Shown: one piece after another, positions 1 through 9,718 of the stretch
Numbering within the stretch: the first letter of the stretch is position 1
Layout of the letters: each line of letters begins with the position of its first letter
Source of the DNA: Idiomarina loihiensis L2TR
GTDB taxonomy: Bacteria > Pseudomonadota > Gammaproteobacteria > Enterobacterales > Alteromonadaceae
DNA length: 32,000 nt
Direction: 5' to 3'
Assembly: GCF_000008465.1 (NCBI RefSeq)
Contig: NC_006512.1
Span: forward strand, 2,610,001 to 2,642,000
Made by a program: the position numbers and the translations under genes
Notes under the pieces: generated by a model
What the model saw: only the letters and a program-made list of their open reading frames with translations
Told to the model about the DNA's origin: nothing
The model's database searches: none

Positions 1-576
1 CGACTCGCCCCTTTTTACCGGCCCTAATAACCTGTCGACCAAATACCTTAACCGGTCCGACTGGGTGATGATCAAGTCCGTATACTCTGTCAGGCTCTCG
101 TCCGGAAGTTGCCGTGCCAGTAACTGCGCAGCGCCGCGTAAACCTCCCAGAGGGTTCTTTATTTCATGCGCCATACCGCGCAATAAGTGCTGGGTAGCGA
201 ATAGCTGATTACGCTGTTGATCTTCCTGATTTATTCGCCGCAACTGGTCTACTTGTTTTAATTCCAGTAGCAAAGCACGTCCAAAAGGTTGCTCTACTGT
301 TTGAATACTGGTTTCCACCCGAATATTGTGCCCGGAATGCAGCGCGAACTGAGCTTCCGCATTCAGCACCGTTTGCTCGCTATTCAGGCACTCCATCAGC
401 GTTTCTGACGCCAGCGAACACTGATAAAAAGCCGCAGTGAAAGGTTCGCCCAACAGGCGTTTTGCACTGTGATCGAGTAAGGATTCAGCAGACGAATTGA
501 CGTAACGGATGGTCAGGCGATCATCGAGGATGAGTATGCCTGTGAGTAGTTGGTTAAGTAGCGCGCTATCGTTCAC
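1..576 (-). CDS. glnL: Nitrogen regulation sensor histidine kinase NtrB/GlnL, N-terminal part (runs off the window at position 1)
   Basis: Manual translation of the minus strand from GTG at 576-574 gives VNDSALLNQLLTGILILDDRLTIRYVNSSAESLL...LLRGMAHEIKNPLGGLRGAAQLL...DRLRYLVDRLLGP. This covers the PAS region and the H-box (HEIKNPL) typical of NtrB. It lies immediately downstream of glnA, as in glnALG operons. The start codon is uncertain: no clear SD, and an in-frame TTG sits at 624. Confidence 0.85.
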   Translation of the reverse strand, partial: MNDSALLNQLLTGILILDDRLTIRYVNSSAESLLDHSAKRLLGEPFTAAFYQCSLASETLMECLNSEQTVLNAEAQFALHSGHNIRVETSIQTVEQPFGRALLLELKQVDQLRRINQEDQQRNQLFATQHLLRGMAHEIKNPLGGLRGAAQLLARQLPDESLTEYTDLIITQSDRLRYLVDRLLGPVKRGES

Positions 577-594
577 GAAGGCAGGATAAATTAC

Positions 595-610
595 GCACCA
601 AGTTGGTGCA
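595..610. promoter_or_regulatory. NtrC-type palindrome CGCACCAAGTTGGTGCA (GCAC-N7-GTGC) between the glnA hairpin and the glnL start
   Basis: Near-perfect match to the NtrC consensus TGCACCA-N3-TGGTGCA. The position corresponds to the NtrC-repressed glnL promoter of enterics. Confidence 0.55.
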
Positions 611-611
611 A

Positions 612-638
612 CCGGGTAAGGCAAGACACCTTACCCGG
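612..638 (-). terminator. Hairpin after the glnA stop (10-bp stem CCGGGTAAGG/CCTTACCCGG, 7-nt loop) with no U-tract; probably a partial terminator or attenuator before glnL
   Basis: Perfect inverted repeat read directly at 612-621/629-638. There is no T-run on the minus strand after it. Confidence 0.45.
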
Positions 639-648
639 CCAGTAACCA

Positions 649-2058
649 TTAAACGCTGTAGTACATATCGAATTCTACCGGGTGGGTAGTCTTCTTCAAT
701 GTCTCTACTTCGTTGTACTTAAGATCGATGTAGGCATCAATCATGTCGTCGTCCATAACGCCGCCTTGCTTAAGGAAGTCGCGGTCTTTATCCAGCGCGT
801 CCAGAGCCATTTCCAGTGAGTGACAAACGGTCGGAATGTCTTTCGCTTCTTCAGGAGGCAGATTGTATAAATCTTTGTCCATGGCATCGCCAGGGTGGAT
901 CTTGTTACGGATACCGTCAAGGCCAGCCATTAACAGCGCAGTAAAGGCCAGGTACGGGTTCGCACTTGGGTCAGGGAAGCGCACTTCAATACGGCGACCT
1001 TTCGCGCTGGAAACCAATGGAATACGGATAGAAGCCGAACGGTTACGGGCGGAATAAGCCAGCATCACCGGTGCTTCAAAACCAGGAACCAGACGCTTGT
1101 ACGAGTTAGTAGAGGCGTTCGCAAAAGCGTTAATGGCACGTGCGTGCTTAATAATACCGCCAATATAGAACAGCGCGGTTTCGCTCAAGCCTGCGTACTG
1201 GTCGCCGGCAAATAAGTTTTCGCCGCCTTTGTTCAGTGACATATGCACGTGCATGCCAGAGCCGTTATCGCCAACCAGTGGCTTCGGCATAAAGGTTGCG
1301 GTCATGCCGTAAGAGTGCGCGACGTTATGCACCACATACTTATAAACCTGCAGTTCATCAGCTTTCTTAGTCAGAGTATTGAAGCGTGTAGCCACTTCGT
1401 TCTGACCTGCTGTTGCTACTTCGTGGTGATGGGCTTCAACAACCATACCCATGTCTTCCATTACTAAGCTCATGGTGCCACGAATGTCGTGCGCTGAGTC
1501 TACCGGAGGTACCGGGAAGTAGCCGCCTTTTACTCCAGGACGGTGAGCCAGGTTACCTTCTGAATATTCACGGCCTGAGTTCCACTTCGCTTCTTCCGCG
1601 TCAATCTTGTAGAACGAACCACTCATGTCTGTGTGGAAACGTACGTCGTTGAACAGGAAGAACTCAGGTTCCGGACCGAAGTAAGCGTCGTCTGCAATGC
1701 CTGATGAGCGCAGGAAATCTTCCGCACGCTTTGCAATTGAACGAGGGTCACGGCTATAGCCCTGCATAGTTTCCGGCTCAAGAATGTCACAACGTACATT
1801 CAATGTGACTTCATCAGTAAAGGGATCAATCACCGCAGACTCGTTGTCTGGCATCAGTACCATGTCTGATTCGTTAATGCCTTTCCAGCCGGAAATAGAT
1901 GAACCATCAAACATTTTACCTTCTTCAAAGAAGTCTTCATCGATTTGCGACACCGGAATAGTGACGTGTTGCTCTTTACCTTTAGTATCGGTAAAGCGTA
2001 AATCGACGAATTTTACGTCGTGTTCTTTGATGGTATCGAAAATCTTATTAGCTGACAT
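649..2058 (-). CDS. glnA: Glutamine synthetase type I
   Basis: 469-aa ORF with strong GlnA similarity throughout ([34 protein letters not shown] adenylylation-loop region). Confidence 0.97.
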   Translation of the reverse strand: MSANKIFDTIKEHDVKFVDLRFTDTKGKEQHVTIPVSQIDEDFFEEGKMFDGSSISGWKGINESDMVLMPDNESAVIDPFTDEVTLNVRCDILEPETMQGYSRDPRSIAKRAEDFLRSSGIADDAYFGPEPEFFLFNDVRFHTDMSGSFYKIDAEEAKWNSGREYSEGNLAHRPGVKGGYFPVPPVDSAHDIRGTMSLVMEDMGMVVEAHHHEVATAGQNEVATRFNTLTKKADELQVYKYVVHNVAHSYGMTATFMPKPLVGDNGSGMHVHMSLNKGGENLFAGDQYAGLSETALFYIGGIIKHARAINAFANASTNSYKRLVPGFEAPVMLAYSARNRSASIRIPLVSSAKGRRIEVRFPDPSANPYLAFTALLMAGLDGIRNKIHPGDAMDKDLYNLPPEEAKDIPTVCHSLEMALDALDKDRDFLKQGGVMDDDMIDAYIDLKYNEVETLKKTTHPVEFDMYYSV

Positions 2059-2100
2059 GTTGTCCTCCGTAGACAGCGTCTAAAAATACAGCTTGAGTAT

Positions 2101-2116
2101 AGCAAAGCCTGTGCCA
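2101..2116 (-). promoter_or_regulatory. Sigma-54 (-24/-12) promoter of glnA (glnAp2-like)
   Basis: The reverse complement of 2101-2116 is TGGCACAGGCTTTGCT, i.e. TGGCAC-N5-TTGC. It lies about 45 nt upstream of the glnA ATG. Confidence 0.7.
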
Positions 2117-2156
2117 ACTGACTTTTTTGTTTATATTCATAAAGTTAGTTCATTTA

Positions 2157-2216
2157 GCACTATAATGCGTAAATTAATACGCACCAGTATAGCGCATAAC
2201 GCACAAAATTGGTGCA
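2157..2216. promoter_or_regulatory. Cluster of three NtrC-like enhancer sites upstream of the glnA sigma-54 promoter
   Basis: GCAC-N7-GTGC-type dyads are GCACAAAATTGGTGCA (2201-2216, good), GCACCAGTATAGCGCA (2181-2196, fair) and GCACTATAATGCG (2157-2169, weak). They sit about 45-115 bp upstream of the -24/-12 element (2101-2116). Confidence 0.6.
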
Positions 2217-2368
2217 AAAGTAACATTCTAAGATAACGTCATAAAAATATAACGAACAAAAAACAATCAGGTCTTTCTTAATCCAACTCAAAAAGGTAGA
2301 ATACGCCGCTATTTTTCACAAAACCCCTTGGACGGGTTTCATTCCCGGACAACTACAGGCAGTTCTTA

Positions 2369-4210
2369 ATGACAATTCAGGTATTTGATATAGAAAAATT
2401 ACGCAACATCGCGATTATCGCGCACGTTGACCATGGTAAAACCACCCTAGTCGACAAGTTGTTGCAACAATCTGGCACTTTAGAAAGCCGTGGCGAAATA
2501 GAAGACCGTATTATGGATTCCAACGATCTTGAAAAAGAACGTGGTATTACTATCCTCGCCAAAAACACCGCGGTTAACTGGCAAGATTACCGCATCAACA
2601 TTCTGGATACTCCGGGACACGCCGATTTCGGTGGCGAAGTTGAACGCGTACTTTCTATGGCAGACTCCGTATTGTTAGTGGTTGATGCCGTTGACGGTCC
2701 TATGCCTCAAACTCGATTTGTCACGCAGAAAGCTTTCTCTCATGGTTTGAACCCTATTCTTGTTATTAACAAAGTTGACCGTCCTGGTGCACGCCCTGAC
2801 TGGGTGATGGATCAGGTATTCGACTTATTTGATAACCTGGGCGCTACTGACGAACAGCTGGACTTTCCGGTAGTTTACGCATCAGCGCTTAACGGCTGGG
2901 CATCATTAGACATAGAAGATCAAGACGGCGACATGACGCCATTGTTCGAAACTATCGTTAGTAAGGTAAGCCATCCCGATGCTGACCCTGAAAGCGACCT
3001 GCAAATGCAGGTGTCACAGCTTGATTACTCGAGCTACTTAGGCGTTATTGGTATTGGTCGCGTTACCCGCGGTAGCGTTAAAGTGAACCAGCAAGTGACT
3101 ATTGTTGGTGCCGACGGCAAAGAACGTAACGGAAAAATTGGTAAAGTCTTTAGCTACCTGGGTCTTGACCGCATTGAAGCGGACAAAGCTGCAGCAGGCG
3201 ACATCTGCGCCATTACCGGTCTGGGCGAGCTAAAAATCTCCGACACCGTGTGTGCAGTTGGTAAAGCTGAAGCTATGAAGCCACTGACCGTTGACGAGCC
3301 AACAGTAACTATGACCTTCCAGGTAAACACCTCACCTTTCGCAGGTAAAGAAGGAAAGTTTGTTACTTCTCGTCAAATTCTTGAACGTTTGCAACAAGAG
3401 TTGGTTCATAACGTAGCTTTACGTGTTGAAGAAACTGACAACCCGGATCGTTTCCGCGTATCTGGCCGTGGTGAGCTTCACTTAGGTGTTCTTATTGAAA
3501 ACATGCGTCGTGAAGGTTTTGAATTAGCCGTTTCTCGTCCAGAAGTTATCATCAAGTACGAAGATGGTAAGAAAATGGAACCTTATGAAACCATGACGGT
3601 TGATATTGAAGAGCAGCATCAAGGTGCGGTTATGGAAAAATTAGGCTTGCGTAAAGCCGAAATGACCAACATGACACCAGACGGTAAAGGTCGCGTTCGC
3701 GTTGATTTTGAAGTACCAAGCCGTGGTTTGATTGGCTTCCAGACAGAATTCATGACACTGACTTCAGGTACTGGCCTTATGTACCATACGTTTGACCACT
3801 ACGGTCCGCACAAAGGCGGAACCATCGGTCAGCGTAGTAACGGTGTACTGATTTCAAATGCTCAGGGTAAAGCTCTGACTTACTCACTGTTTAACCTGCA
3901 GGAGCGCGGTAAGTTATTTGCATCACACGGTGATGAAGTTTATGAAGGCCAGATCATCGGTATTCATAACCGTTCAAACGACCTGACAGTAAACTGCCTG
4001 AAAGGTAAACAGCTGACTAACGTACGCGCTTCTGGTACTGACGAAGCACAGACCTTAAGTACACCAATTCGTTTAACGTTGGAGCAAGCACTGGAATTCA
4101 TCAATGACGATGAACTGGTCGAAGTGACACCTGAGTCTATTCGTATTCGTAAACGCGCACTGACAGAAAACGATCGTAAACGTTTAGGTCGTGAGCCGAA
4201 GAACGGTTAA
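2369..4210 (+). CDS. typA: Ribosome-associated translational GTPase TypA/BipA
   Basis: 613-aa ORF with G-domain motifs [14 protein letters not shown] and NKVD. It is divergent from glnA, as in E. coli. Confidence 0.95.
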   Translation: MTIQVFDIEKLRNIAIIAHVDHGKTTLVDKLLQQSGTLESRGEIEDRIMDSNDLEKERGITILAKNTAVNWQDYRINILDTPGHADFGGEVERVLSMADSVLLVVDAVDGPMPQTRFVTQKAFSHGLNPILVINKVDRPGARPDWVMDQVFDLFDNLGATDEQLDFPVVYASALNGWASLDIEDQDGDMTPLFETIVSKVSHPDADPESDLQMQVSQLDYSSYLGVIGIGRVTRGSVKVNQQVTIVGADGKERNGKIGKVFSYLGLDRIEADKAAAGDICAITGLGELKISDTVCAVGKAEAMKPLTVDEPTVTMTFQVNTSPFAGKEGKFVTSRQILERLQQELVHNVALRVEETDNPDRFRVSGRGELHLGVLIENMRREGFELAVSRPEVIIKYEDGKKMEPYETMTVDIEEQHQGAVMEKLGLRKAEMTNMTPDGKGRVRVDFEVPSRGLIGFQTEFMTLTSGTGLMYHTFDHYGPHKGGTIGQRSNGVLISNAQGKALTYSLFNLQERGKLFASHGDEVYEGQIIGIHNRSNDLTVNCLKGKQLTNVRASGTDEAQTLSTPIRLTLEQALEFINDDELVEVTPESIRIRKRALTENDRKRLGREPKNG

Positions 4211-4230
4211 GATTTGCAGAGCTGTTATAA

Positions 4231-4263
4231 AAAGACGCCCGCTACTTTAGCGGGCGTTTTTTA
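4231..4263. terminator. Bidirectional intrinsic terminator between typA and the hemolysin-III gene
   Basis: The stem is ACGCCCGCT/AGCGGGCGT (4235-4243/4249-4257). It is followed by TTTTTT and preceded by AAAAA. Confidence 0.75.
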
Positions 4264-4285
4264 TAACCAAAATTCAGCTTATCAG

Positions 4286-4954
4286 CTAGTTCGCACTCAG
4301 CAACTCCGGTTGCGGCAATACAAAGTAGAAAATCGAGAAGAAATGGAAGACGCTGCCCGCCAATACAAACAAATGCCAGATGGCATGATGATAAGGCAGA
4401 GATTTCCAGACATAAAAGATAACACCCAGCGTATAAGCTAAACCGCCGGCGACAAGCAACATCAAGCCACCTGCATCCACATTATCAATCATCGGGTTAA
4501 TCGCAATAATCGCCATCCAGCCCATTCCAAGGTAGAGAGTAAGCGACAGCCAGGCAATTCGCTTTTTCAGCGTCAGCTCAAGCACGACACCCACCAAAGC
4601 AATTCCCCAAGCCACGCCCAATAAGGTCCAGCCCCAGGCATCTCTTAAATTGATTAAAGCAAATGGCGTATAAGTACCAGCAATTAAAATGTAAATAGCG
4701 GCATGATCAAGCTGTTGAAACACCGCTTTCATTTTTGGCCAGGGAAACGCATGATAAAGCGTTGAAGCGGTATAAAGCAGAATAAGACTAGCACCGTAGA
4801 TACTCGCAGCAACAACATGCCAACCATCACCGTAAGCCGCCGCCCAAATCAACATGAAAACTAAAGCAACAATACTTAAAACGGCACCAATGCCATGAGT
4901 TAATGCATGAGCCACCTCTTCCTTTACGGTATAGACTTTATGCTGATTGCTCAT
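4286..4954 (-). CDS. Hemolysin III / PAQR-family 7-TM membrane protein (YqfA-like)
   Basis: 222-aa multi-TM ORF with a conserved N-terminal EEVAHALTHGIG, LDHAAIYILIAGTYTP and C-terminal HHAIWHLFVL motifs of the HlyIII family. Confidence 0.9.
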   Translation of the reverse strand: MSNQHKVYTVKEEVAHALTHGIGAVLSIVALVFMLIWAAAYGDGWHVVAASIYGASLILLYTASTLYHAFPWPKMKAVFQQLDHAAIYILIAGTYTPFALINLRDAWGWTLLGVAWGIALVGVVLELTLKKRIAWLSLTLYLGMGWMAIIAINPMIDNVDAGGLMLLVAGGLAYTLGVIFYVWKSLPYHHAIWHLFVLAGSVFHFFSIFYFVLPQPELLSAN

Positions 4955-5235
4955 CCTCGTTCCATTCCCGGCGTCTCATAACCTTTACTGATATTCTTGA
5001 GTGCCCTTATAAACTGGTCATACTGTCTTTCATTGTCGTATTTTAAGTTATATGAGTTATGAAACTGCAGGGTTAGCGTGACACCATGCCCTTCCAAAAA
5101 AACGGTATAACCGTCATGGTCGGTATAAGCTTCTATTCCGTCCAAGTAGTGACGTCCCTGACGAGCTTCGCCATGAGTGTGGATCTTTTCGTACGCATCC
5201 AACATCAGTTTGTTATCAAGTTCGTTTTTCATCAC
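4951..5235 (-). CDS. Uncharacterised 94-aa soluble protein, translationally coupled to the HlyIII gene
   Basis: The ORF's TGA stop (4951-4953) overlaps the downstream ATG (4952-4954) as ATGA. I recognise no family. Confidence 0.55.
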   Translation of the reverse strand: MMKNELDNKLMLDAYEKIHTHGEARQGRHYLDGIEAYTDHDGYTVFLEGHGVTLTLQFHNSYNLKYDNERQYDQFIRALKNISKGYETPGMERG

Positions 5236-5412
5236 ACACCTCAGCGTTTTCTAACTAAATGTATACCCTTATTATTAGGGTCGAATGTCCATTCCACAAC
5301 CGCTTTTACCTATTTGTTTCAAAAACCTTGTATCAGAATATACATACATAGGTGCATGATTAGGCAAAAGCCGCTATAATAATGAACGGATGTTAAGAAA
5401 TAGGAGCCGAAC

Positions 5413-6027
5413 ATGGTTCGACGCACAAAAGAAGACGCAATGGAGACCCGCGCCAAGTTATTAGACGCTGCTGAGGCTTTATTCAGCGAGAATGGTGTGA
5501 CTCAAACGTCGATGATGCAAGTGGCTGAAAAAGCGGGTGTCACTCGCGGTGCTATCTATCACCATTTTGAAAATAAAATGGATCTCATTGAATCGTTAAT
5601 GGGAAGAATTTCTCTTCCGATCGATGAAATGCGGGAACAAATAGCCGAGAGTTTAGAATTCGATGCCTTAGAAGAAGTAAAAGCCCGCTCTAAAGAATTT
5701 TTAGCTCGCGTTCAAAATGAGCCCCAGGTACGTTCTATTGCCAGCATCCTTCTTCACAAGTGCGAGTACATTGACGAAGTAAATCCTATAAAATTACGGC
5801 ATGTTAGCGGTCGTAACGAATGCATTTGTGAAGTCGAAAAGTTGTTTGAATCAGCTATCCAAAAAGGTCAGTTGTCCTCAAAAGCTAGCCCCAGGGTTGC
5901 GGTTATTGGCTTGTTTTCATTAGTGGACGGCCTTATTTATAACTGGCTGCTTGCTCCGGATTACTTTCCTTTAGTGGAGTACGGCAACCAGGCTATCGAT
6001 AGCTATATTAACGGGTTAGCACGCTAA
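5413..6027 (+). CDS. TetR/AcrR-family transcriptional regulator
   Basis: N-terminal HTH reads TRAKLLDAAEALFSENGVTQTSMMQVAEKAGVTRGAIYHHFENK. An SD (AGGAG) lies 7 nt upstream. Confidence 0.9.
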   Translation: MVRRTKEDAMETRAKLLDAAEALFSENGVTQTSMMQVAEKAGVTRGAIYHHFENKMDLIESLMGRISLPIDEMREQIAESLEFDALEEVKARSKEFLARVQNEPQVRSIASILLHKCEYIDEVNPIKLRHVSGRNECICEVEKLFESAIQKGQLSSKASPRVAVIGLFSLVDGLIYNWLLAPDYFPLVEYGNQAIDSYINGLAR

Positions 6028-6524
6028 GGCTCGTTGCTGTCTGCACGTCCGCGGCGCCAGCCATTGTATTTTCGGTGCACGCCGCGGGTCAAAGATTGAA
6101 AAGTATCTTCCAGTAAGTCGACACCAAGCAATACACCAACAATTACCATCGACAACACAATACTAACCCCGTACATACCAAGACCGACTGCAATGCCAAT
6201 TGCCGCCAGGGCCCAGATTGTCGCCGCCGATGTGACACCAACTACAACACCGTCCCGAGCCAACATAACGCCTGCACCAAGAAAGCCAATGCCGGTAATA
6301 ATTTGTCCAATGACGCGGGATGGATCGCCGCCCTGACTGACAACCGAGGAGCCACCAGTTAAAAATAGATAGGTACCTAAGATGATAAGTGCAGCGGTCC
6401 TTATACCAACCGGTTTGCCTCTAACCTGTCGCTCGAGCCCGACAATGGCACCACAGAGCAGGGCAGTGCCGATGCCATTCCATGAGTAAGGACCCAGTTC
6501 CTGAACAACTTGCCAGTCAATCAC
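6024..6524 (-). CDS. MgtC/SapB-family membrane protein
   Basis: 166-aa ORF with the GLERQ..GKP.GIRT signature and 4-5 TM segments. Confidence 0.85.
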   Translation of the reverse strand: MIDWQVVQELGPYSWNGIGTALLCGAIVGLERQVRGKPVGIRTAALIILGTYLFLTGGSSVVSQGGDPSRVIGQIITGIGFLGAGVMLARDGVVVGVTSAATIWALAAIGIAVGLGMYGVSIVLSMVIVGVLLGVDLLEDTFQSLTRGVHRKYNGWRRGRADSNEP

Positions 6525-7042
6525 TAGCTGGCCTCTCCTTGCTCTAAAAATTGCTTAAGAAAACTTTCATCCATTGCCGCAATGCTTTCGTCATTGGCAT
6601 TCGGACAGCAGGCAAACAACGGCGCAGTCCATGCCTTCACATTGCCAAGAATGTCCCGCAAGTGGCTTAGCCCCCGAATGCCCCCTAACCCCCCGGGTGA
6701 AGCAGCAGCCAATAATACCGTTTTACCGGCCCAGGCCTGCGTCTCAACCCGCGACACCCAGTCAATCGCATTTTTTATCAGTGGAGAGACCGACGAATTA
6801 TATTCAGGGCTGACTAAAACCACTTTTGAGGCTGACTGAATCTTTTCAGCCAACTTTTTCATCGACTCGGGAACACCATCTGCGGCCTCTAAGTCGCCAT
6901 GGTAGATCGGCGCGTCCAGCGCATCGGCATCAACGATGTCATGTCGAATGCCATGCTTATCTGCAACTTCAGCCAAACGATGTTTGAGTTTGGCATTAAG
7001 CGAGTCTTTACGACGGCTACCACCAATGAATACAACGGTCAT
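6524..7042 (-). CDS. NAD(P)H-dependent FMN reductase-family oxidoreductase
   Basis: 172-aa flavodoxin-like fold with an N-terminal VFIGGSRRKDSLN phosphate-binding loop and SPEYN motif. Its stop overlaps the MgtC start by 1 nt. Confidence 0.8.
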   Translation of the reverse strand: MTVVFIGGSRRKDSLNAKLKHRLAEVADKHGIRHDIVDADALDAPIYHGDLEAADGVPESMKKLAEKIQSASKVVLVSPEYNSSVSPLIKNAIDWVSRVETQAWAGKTVLLAAASPGGLGGIRGLSHLRDILGNVKAWTAPLFACCPNANDESIAAMDESFLKQFLEQGEAS

Positions 7043-7060
7043 ACGATTACTATCTCCTGA

Positions 7061-7711
7061 TTATTCGGATTGAGAACTCTTCATTGCTTCAATAAAGCGG
7101 TTTGACTCACTTACCGCCGCTTCCATGTCTTTAATTAATGCGGAAATATCATTCTGCAGATTACCAAACTCACCGCGAATAGCATCAATGGCCTTAGCAT
7201 TCAGGTTATGTTTCAGATAAAGCACGTTATCCTGCATTTTATCCAGCACCGGCTGCATCTTATCTGCCGCGCGCTCCATCACCCTCAGCAACTCGGCATA
7301 ACGGCGTTCCGTCTGGCGTAACTGTCGCTCACTTTCGCGACGCATAGTGTCGTTACTGTATTCACCCAGCTCTTCGCTCCATTCGTCGAATAAGTCATTA
7401 GCTACTTCGTCAACTTCGTCGATACGGCTACGAACGCTCTCTGCTGCAGATTTACTGTCTTCGTAATCATCAAGCAGCGCGTTATATTGCTTTTCCAGAT
7501 TACCACCATCAATGTTTAGCATAGCGTCCAGACGCTCTAATGCAGAACGGAACTCTTCCTGAGCATCGGTTTGTGAGTCACGTGCATCATCCACTCTATC
7601 GACTAAAATATCGCGCTTTTCTACGCCAAATTTTTCCATAGTGCCATAGTAAGCACTTTGACATGCTGACAGCATGAAGACCGTTACCAACGGCAATGTC
7701 CATTTTCTCAT
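7061..7711 (-). CDS. DUF2959-like coiled-coil lipoprotein
   Basis: It has a signal peptide with a lipobox (FMLSAC) and a conserved YYGTMEKFGVEKRDILVDRV start. The rest is predicted coiled coil. Confidence 0.75.
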   Translation of the reverse strand: MRKWTLPLVTVFMLSACQSAYYGTMEKFGVEKRDILVDRVDDARDSQTDAQEEFRSALERLDAMLNIDGGNLEKQYNALLDDYEDSKSAAESVRSRIDEVDEVANDLFDEWSEELGEYSNDTMRRESERQLRQTERRYAELLRVMERAADKMQPVLDKMQDNVLYLKHNLNAKAIDAIRGEFGNLQNDISALIKDMEAAVSESNRFIEAMKSSQSE

Positions 7712-7947
7712 TTGTCACCTCGTGCAGCTTTAATAATACGTTCGTCGCGTTTGTCACGGTGATAACCATGCACCGCAATAATGGCGTGAAGAATAGCGAT
7801 AATATAAAGAGCTCCCAGCGCACCAAGCGAGACAATAAAAAGTACTACGCCGACAATAGCGATAACCGCATTAAATATCGCCTGAAAAATTTTACCCGTC
7901 AGTAAAATAGCGACGGGGGGAAGTAAAATAGCTAAAATATACAACAT
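7708..7947 (-). CDS. Small (79 aa) two-TM membrane protein, YqaE/Pmp3 (UPF0057)-like N-terminus
   Basis: It has an ILAILLPPVAILL motif. Its stop overlaps the DUF2959 start as ATGA (7708-7711). Confidence 0.55.
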   Translation of the reverse strand: MLYILAILLPPVAILLTGKIFQAIFNAVIAIVGVVLFIVSLGALGALYIIAILHAIIAVHGYHRDKRDERIIKAARGDK

Positions 7948-8016
7948 TGTGTTCTCCTTGCACTTAACATGCAGCTTACCAATTAAGAGCCATTACTTTA
8001 GAAAAAGCAAACTAAA

Positions 8017-8745
8017 TCAGTAAGGTAAACGACTACCATCCCAATGCCATAACGCTCCGGTATTTTCCGGTTTTAAGTTTTTCACTACAGCCACAATCCG
8101 CTCTGCAGAGAGTTCAGGCGAATACAGTTTGTCGGTGGATATTCGCTCCTGAAAAGGTTCAGACAAACGAGTGTCCGTTGTCCCCGGATGTATTGCCGCC
8201 ACGATCAGGTTTTTATGAGTACGCTTTAACTCTATTGACGCCGTTTTCAACAGCATATTTAACCCGGCCTTGCTTGAGCGGTAGGCGTACCAGCCGCCTA
8301 AATAGTTATCCTCAATACTGCCGACTTTCGCTGACAACTGTACCCAAAAGCGGGTCTTCTTTCTGTCAAGAATTGGCAAAAACGCCTTAAGCGCCAGCAT
8401 GGGTTTCACTGCGTTAACGGAAAATAACTTATTCAAGTTGTCTGCCGTAATATCGGTCAACTTTTTCTCCGGAAAGGTTTCTTCGTCATGCAACATACCT
8501 ATGGTTGAGACGACGCCACTTAACTGTTCACCGTTATTTTTAAACTCACTAACCCAGGCGCCCAGTGCTTTCTCATCGTAGTCTTCTATTCGGCAATAAG
8601 TTACATCTGACGAGTCTGTTTCCGGCACCTCAGGCTGCCGCGACAACGCGAATATCCTCTCATCGGGATATTGCTTGCTTAATTCCAGAGTGATGGCCCG
8701 ACCTAATCCGCCGCCAGCACCTAATACCACCATTGCCATTTGCAC
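8017..8745 (-). CDS. Short-chain dehydrogenase/reductase (C-factor/CsgA-like SDR)
   Basis: It has a GAGGGLG dinucleotide-binding motif and the YRSSK catalytic motif. Confidence 0.85.
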   Translation of the reverse strand: MQMAMVVLGAGGGLGRAITLELSKQYPDERIFALSRQPEVPETDSSDVTYCRIEDYDEKALGAWVSEFKNNGEQLSGVVSTIGMLHDEETFPEKKLTDITADNLNKLFSVNAVKPMLALKAFLPILDRKKTRFWVQLSAKVGSIEDNYLGGWYAYRSSKAGLNMLLKTASIELKRTHKNLIVAAIHPGTTDTRLSEPFQERISTDKLYSPELSAERIVAVVKNLKPENTGALWHWDGSRLPY

Positions 8746-8778
8746 GACTCTCTATCATGATAGTTATTACTTCCCTAC

Positions 8779-9663
8779 GTGAATAAAACTGGATTAGCTC
8801 AATACACCATGAAGCAAATTGAATGGAAATCGTATTTCAACCACACCTTAGGCTTTCTAAAGTACTTTGGGCAAAGGTTTAATAGCGACAATACCAATAT
8901 CACCGCCGGTCACCTGACCTACGTCAGCATGCTGTCGCTGGTACCCCTTCTAGTCGTTATGTTTACGGTTTTCTCAGCATTTCCAATGTTTGATGAGCTG
9001 AAAGAGAATCTTGAGCAGGCACTTTTTGCGAATCTCTTACCCACTTCCGGTGAACAACTGGAAGAATATCTTAACGAGTTTGTGACTAATGCCTCCAAAA
9101 TGACTGCAATTGGCGTCGGTTTCCTGTTTATTGTCGCCATTATGCTCATGTCAGCCATCGATAAAGCATTGAACAGCATATGGCGGGATTCCAGCAGCAG
9201 ACATTGGTTGGTTTCTTTTGCTGTTTACTGGATGCTACTTACCCTAGGTCCGGTGCTTATTGGATCGGGCTTGGCTGCAACCTCTTACTTGATGTCGCTC
9301 AGCCAGTTTGCTGATGAATATGTTTCCGGCATACAAAGCTTTGTCTTGTGGTTCGTACCCATTGTGACCTCCTTTGTATTCTTTGTGCTCATGTATCAGT
9401 TAGTGCCTAACCGTCAGGTTAAATTCCGCTACGCGGCCTTTGGGGCGGTTATTGCCGCGCTTCTGTTCGAGCTGAGTAAACAACTGTTTTCACTGTACAT
9501 TACTTTTTTCCCGACTTATCAGGCCATTTACGGCGCACTGGCAACCATCCCAATTCTTATCGTATGGATATATCTGTCATGGTTAATTGTACTCATTGGT
9601 GCGGTTTTAACCGTCAGTTTAGAGGAGTACCAGTTACAGCAGCCTGAGCCGAAGTCTGATTGA
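8779..9663 (+). CDS. yihY: YihY/BrkB (virulence factor BrkB / former 'RNase BN') family inner-membrane protein
   Basis: It aligns along its length with E. coli YihY ([41 protein letters not shown]). The ORF-track start is GTG at 8779; an ATG at 8809 (MKQIEW) is an equally plausible start. Confidence 0.85.
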   Translation: MNKTGLAQYTMKQIEWKSYFNHTLGFLKYFGQRFNSDNTNITAGHLTYVSMLSLVPLLVVMFTVFSAFPMFDELKENLEQALFANLLPTSGEQLEEYLNEFVTNASKMTAIGVGFLFIVAIMLMSAIDKALNSIWRDSSSRHWLVSFAVYWMLLTLGPVLIGSGLAATSYLMSLSQFADEYVSGIQSFVLWFVPIVTSFVFFVLMYQLVPNRQVKFRYAAFGAVIAALLFELSKQLFSLYITFFPTYQAIYGALATIPILIVWIYLSWLIVLIGAVLTVSLEEYQLQQPEPKSD

Positions 9664-9718
9664 CCTGCTTTGCATTTTCGCCGACCATAGCCGTTCTGTT
9701 TTTGAAAGGTATGTACTC

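Noticed and set aside
836-2083. Several 70-100-aa plus-strand ORFs antisense to glnA. Similar antisense ORFs occur inside typA, hutH, hutU, hutG, priA, argS, hslU/V, metL (30792-31001, 31630-31875) and the transposase gene (28956-29279)
   Set aside because: All lie within strongly supported conserved genes on the opposite strand or in another frame. This is typical spurious ORF noise.
4214-4441. 75-aa plus-strand ORF starting right after typA
   Set aside because: It runs through the typA terminator hairpin and is antisense to the hemolysin-III gene.
5260-5290. ACCCT-N7-AGGGT inverted repeat in the TetR / 94-aa-ORF divergent region, considered as a TetR operator
   Set aside because: The arms are only 5 bp in AT-rich DNA. 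It is plausible but cannot be distinguished from chance without comparative data.
7596-7905. 79-aa (-) and 69-aa (+) ORFs around the DUF2959/small-membrane-protein junction
   Set aside because: They overlap the two better-supported genes in other frames and have low-complexity translations.
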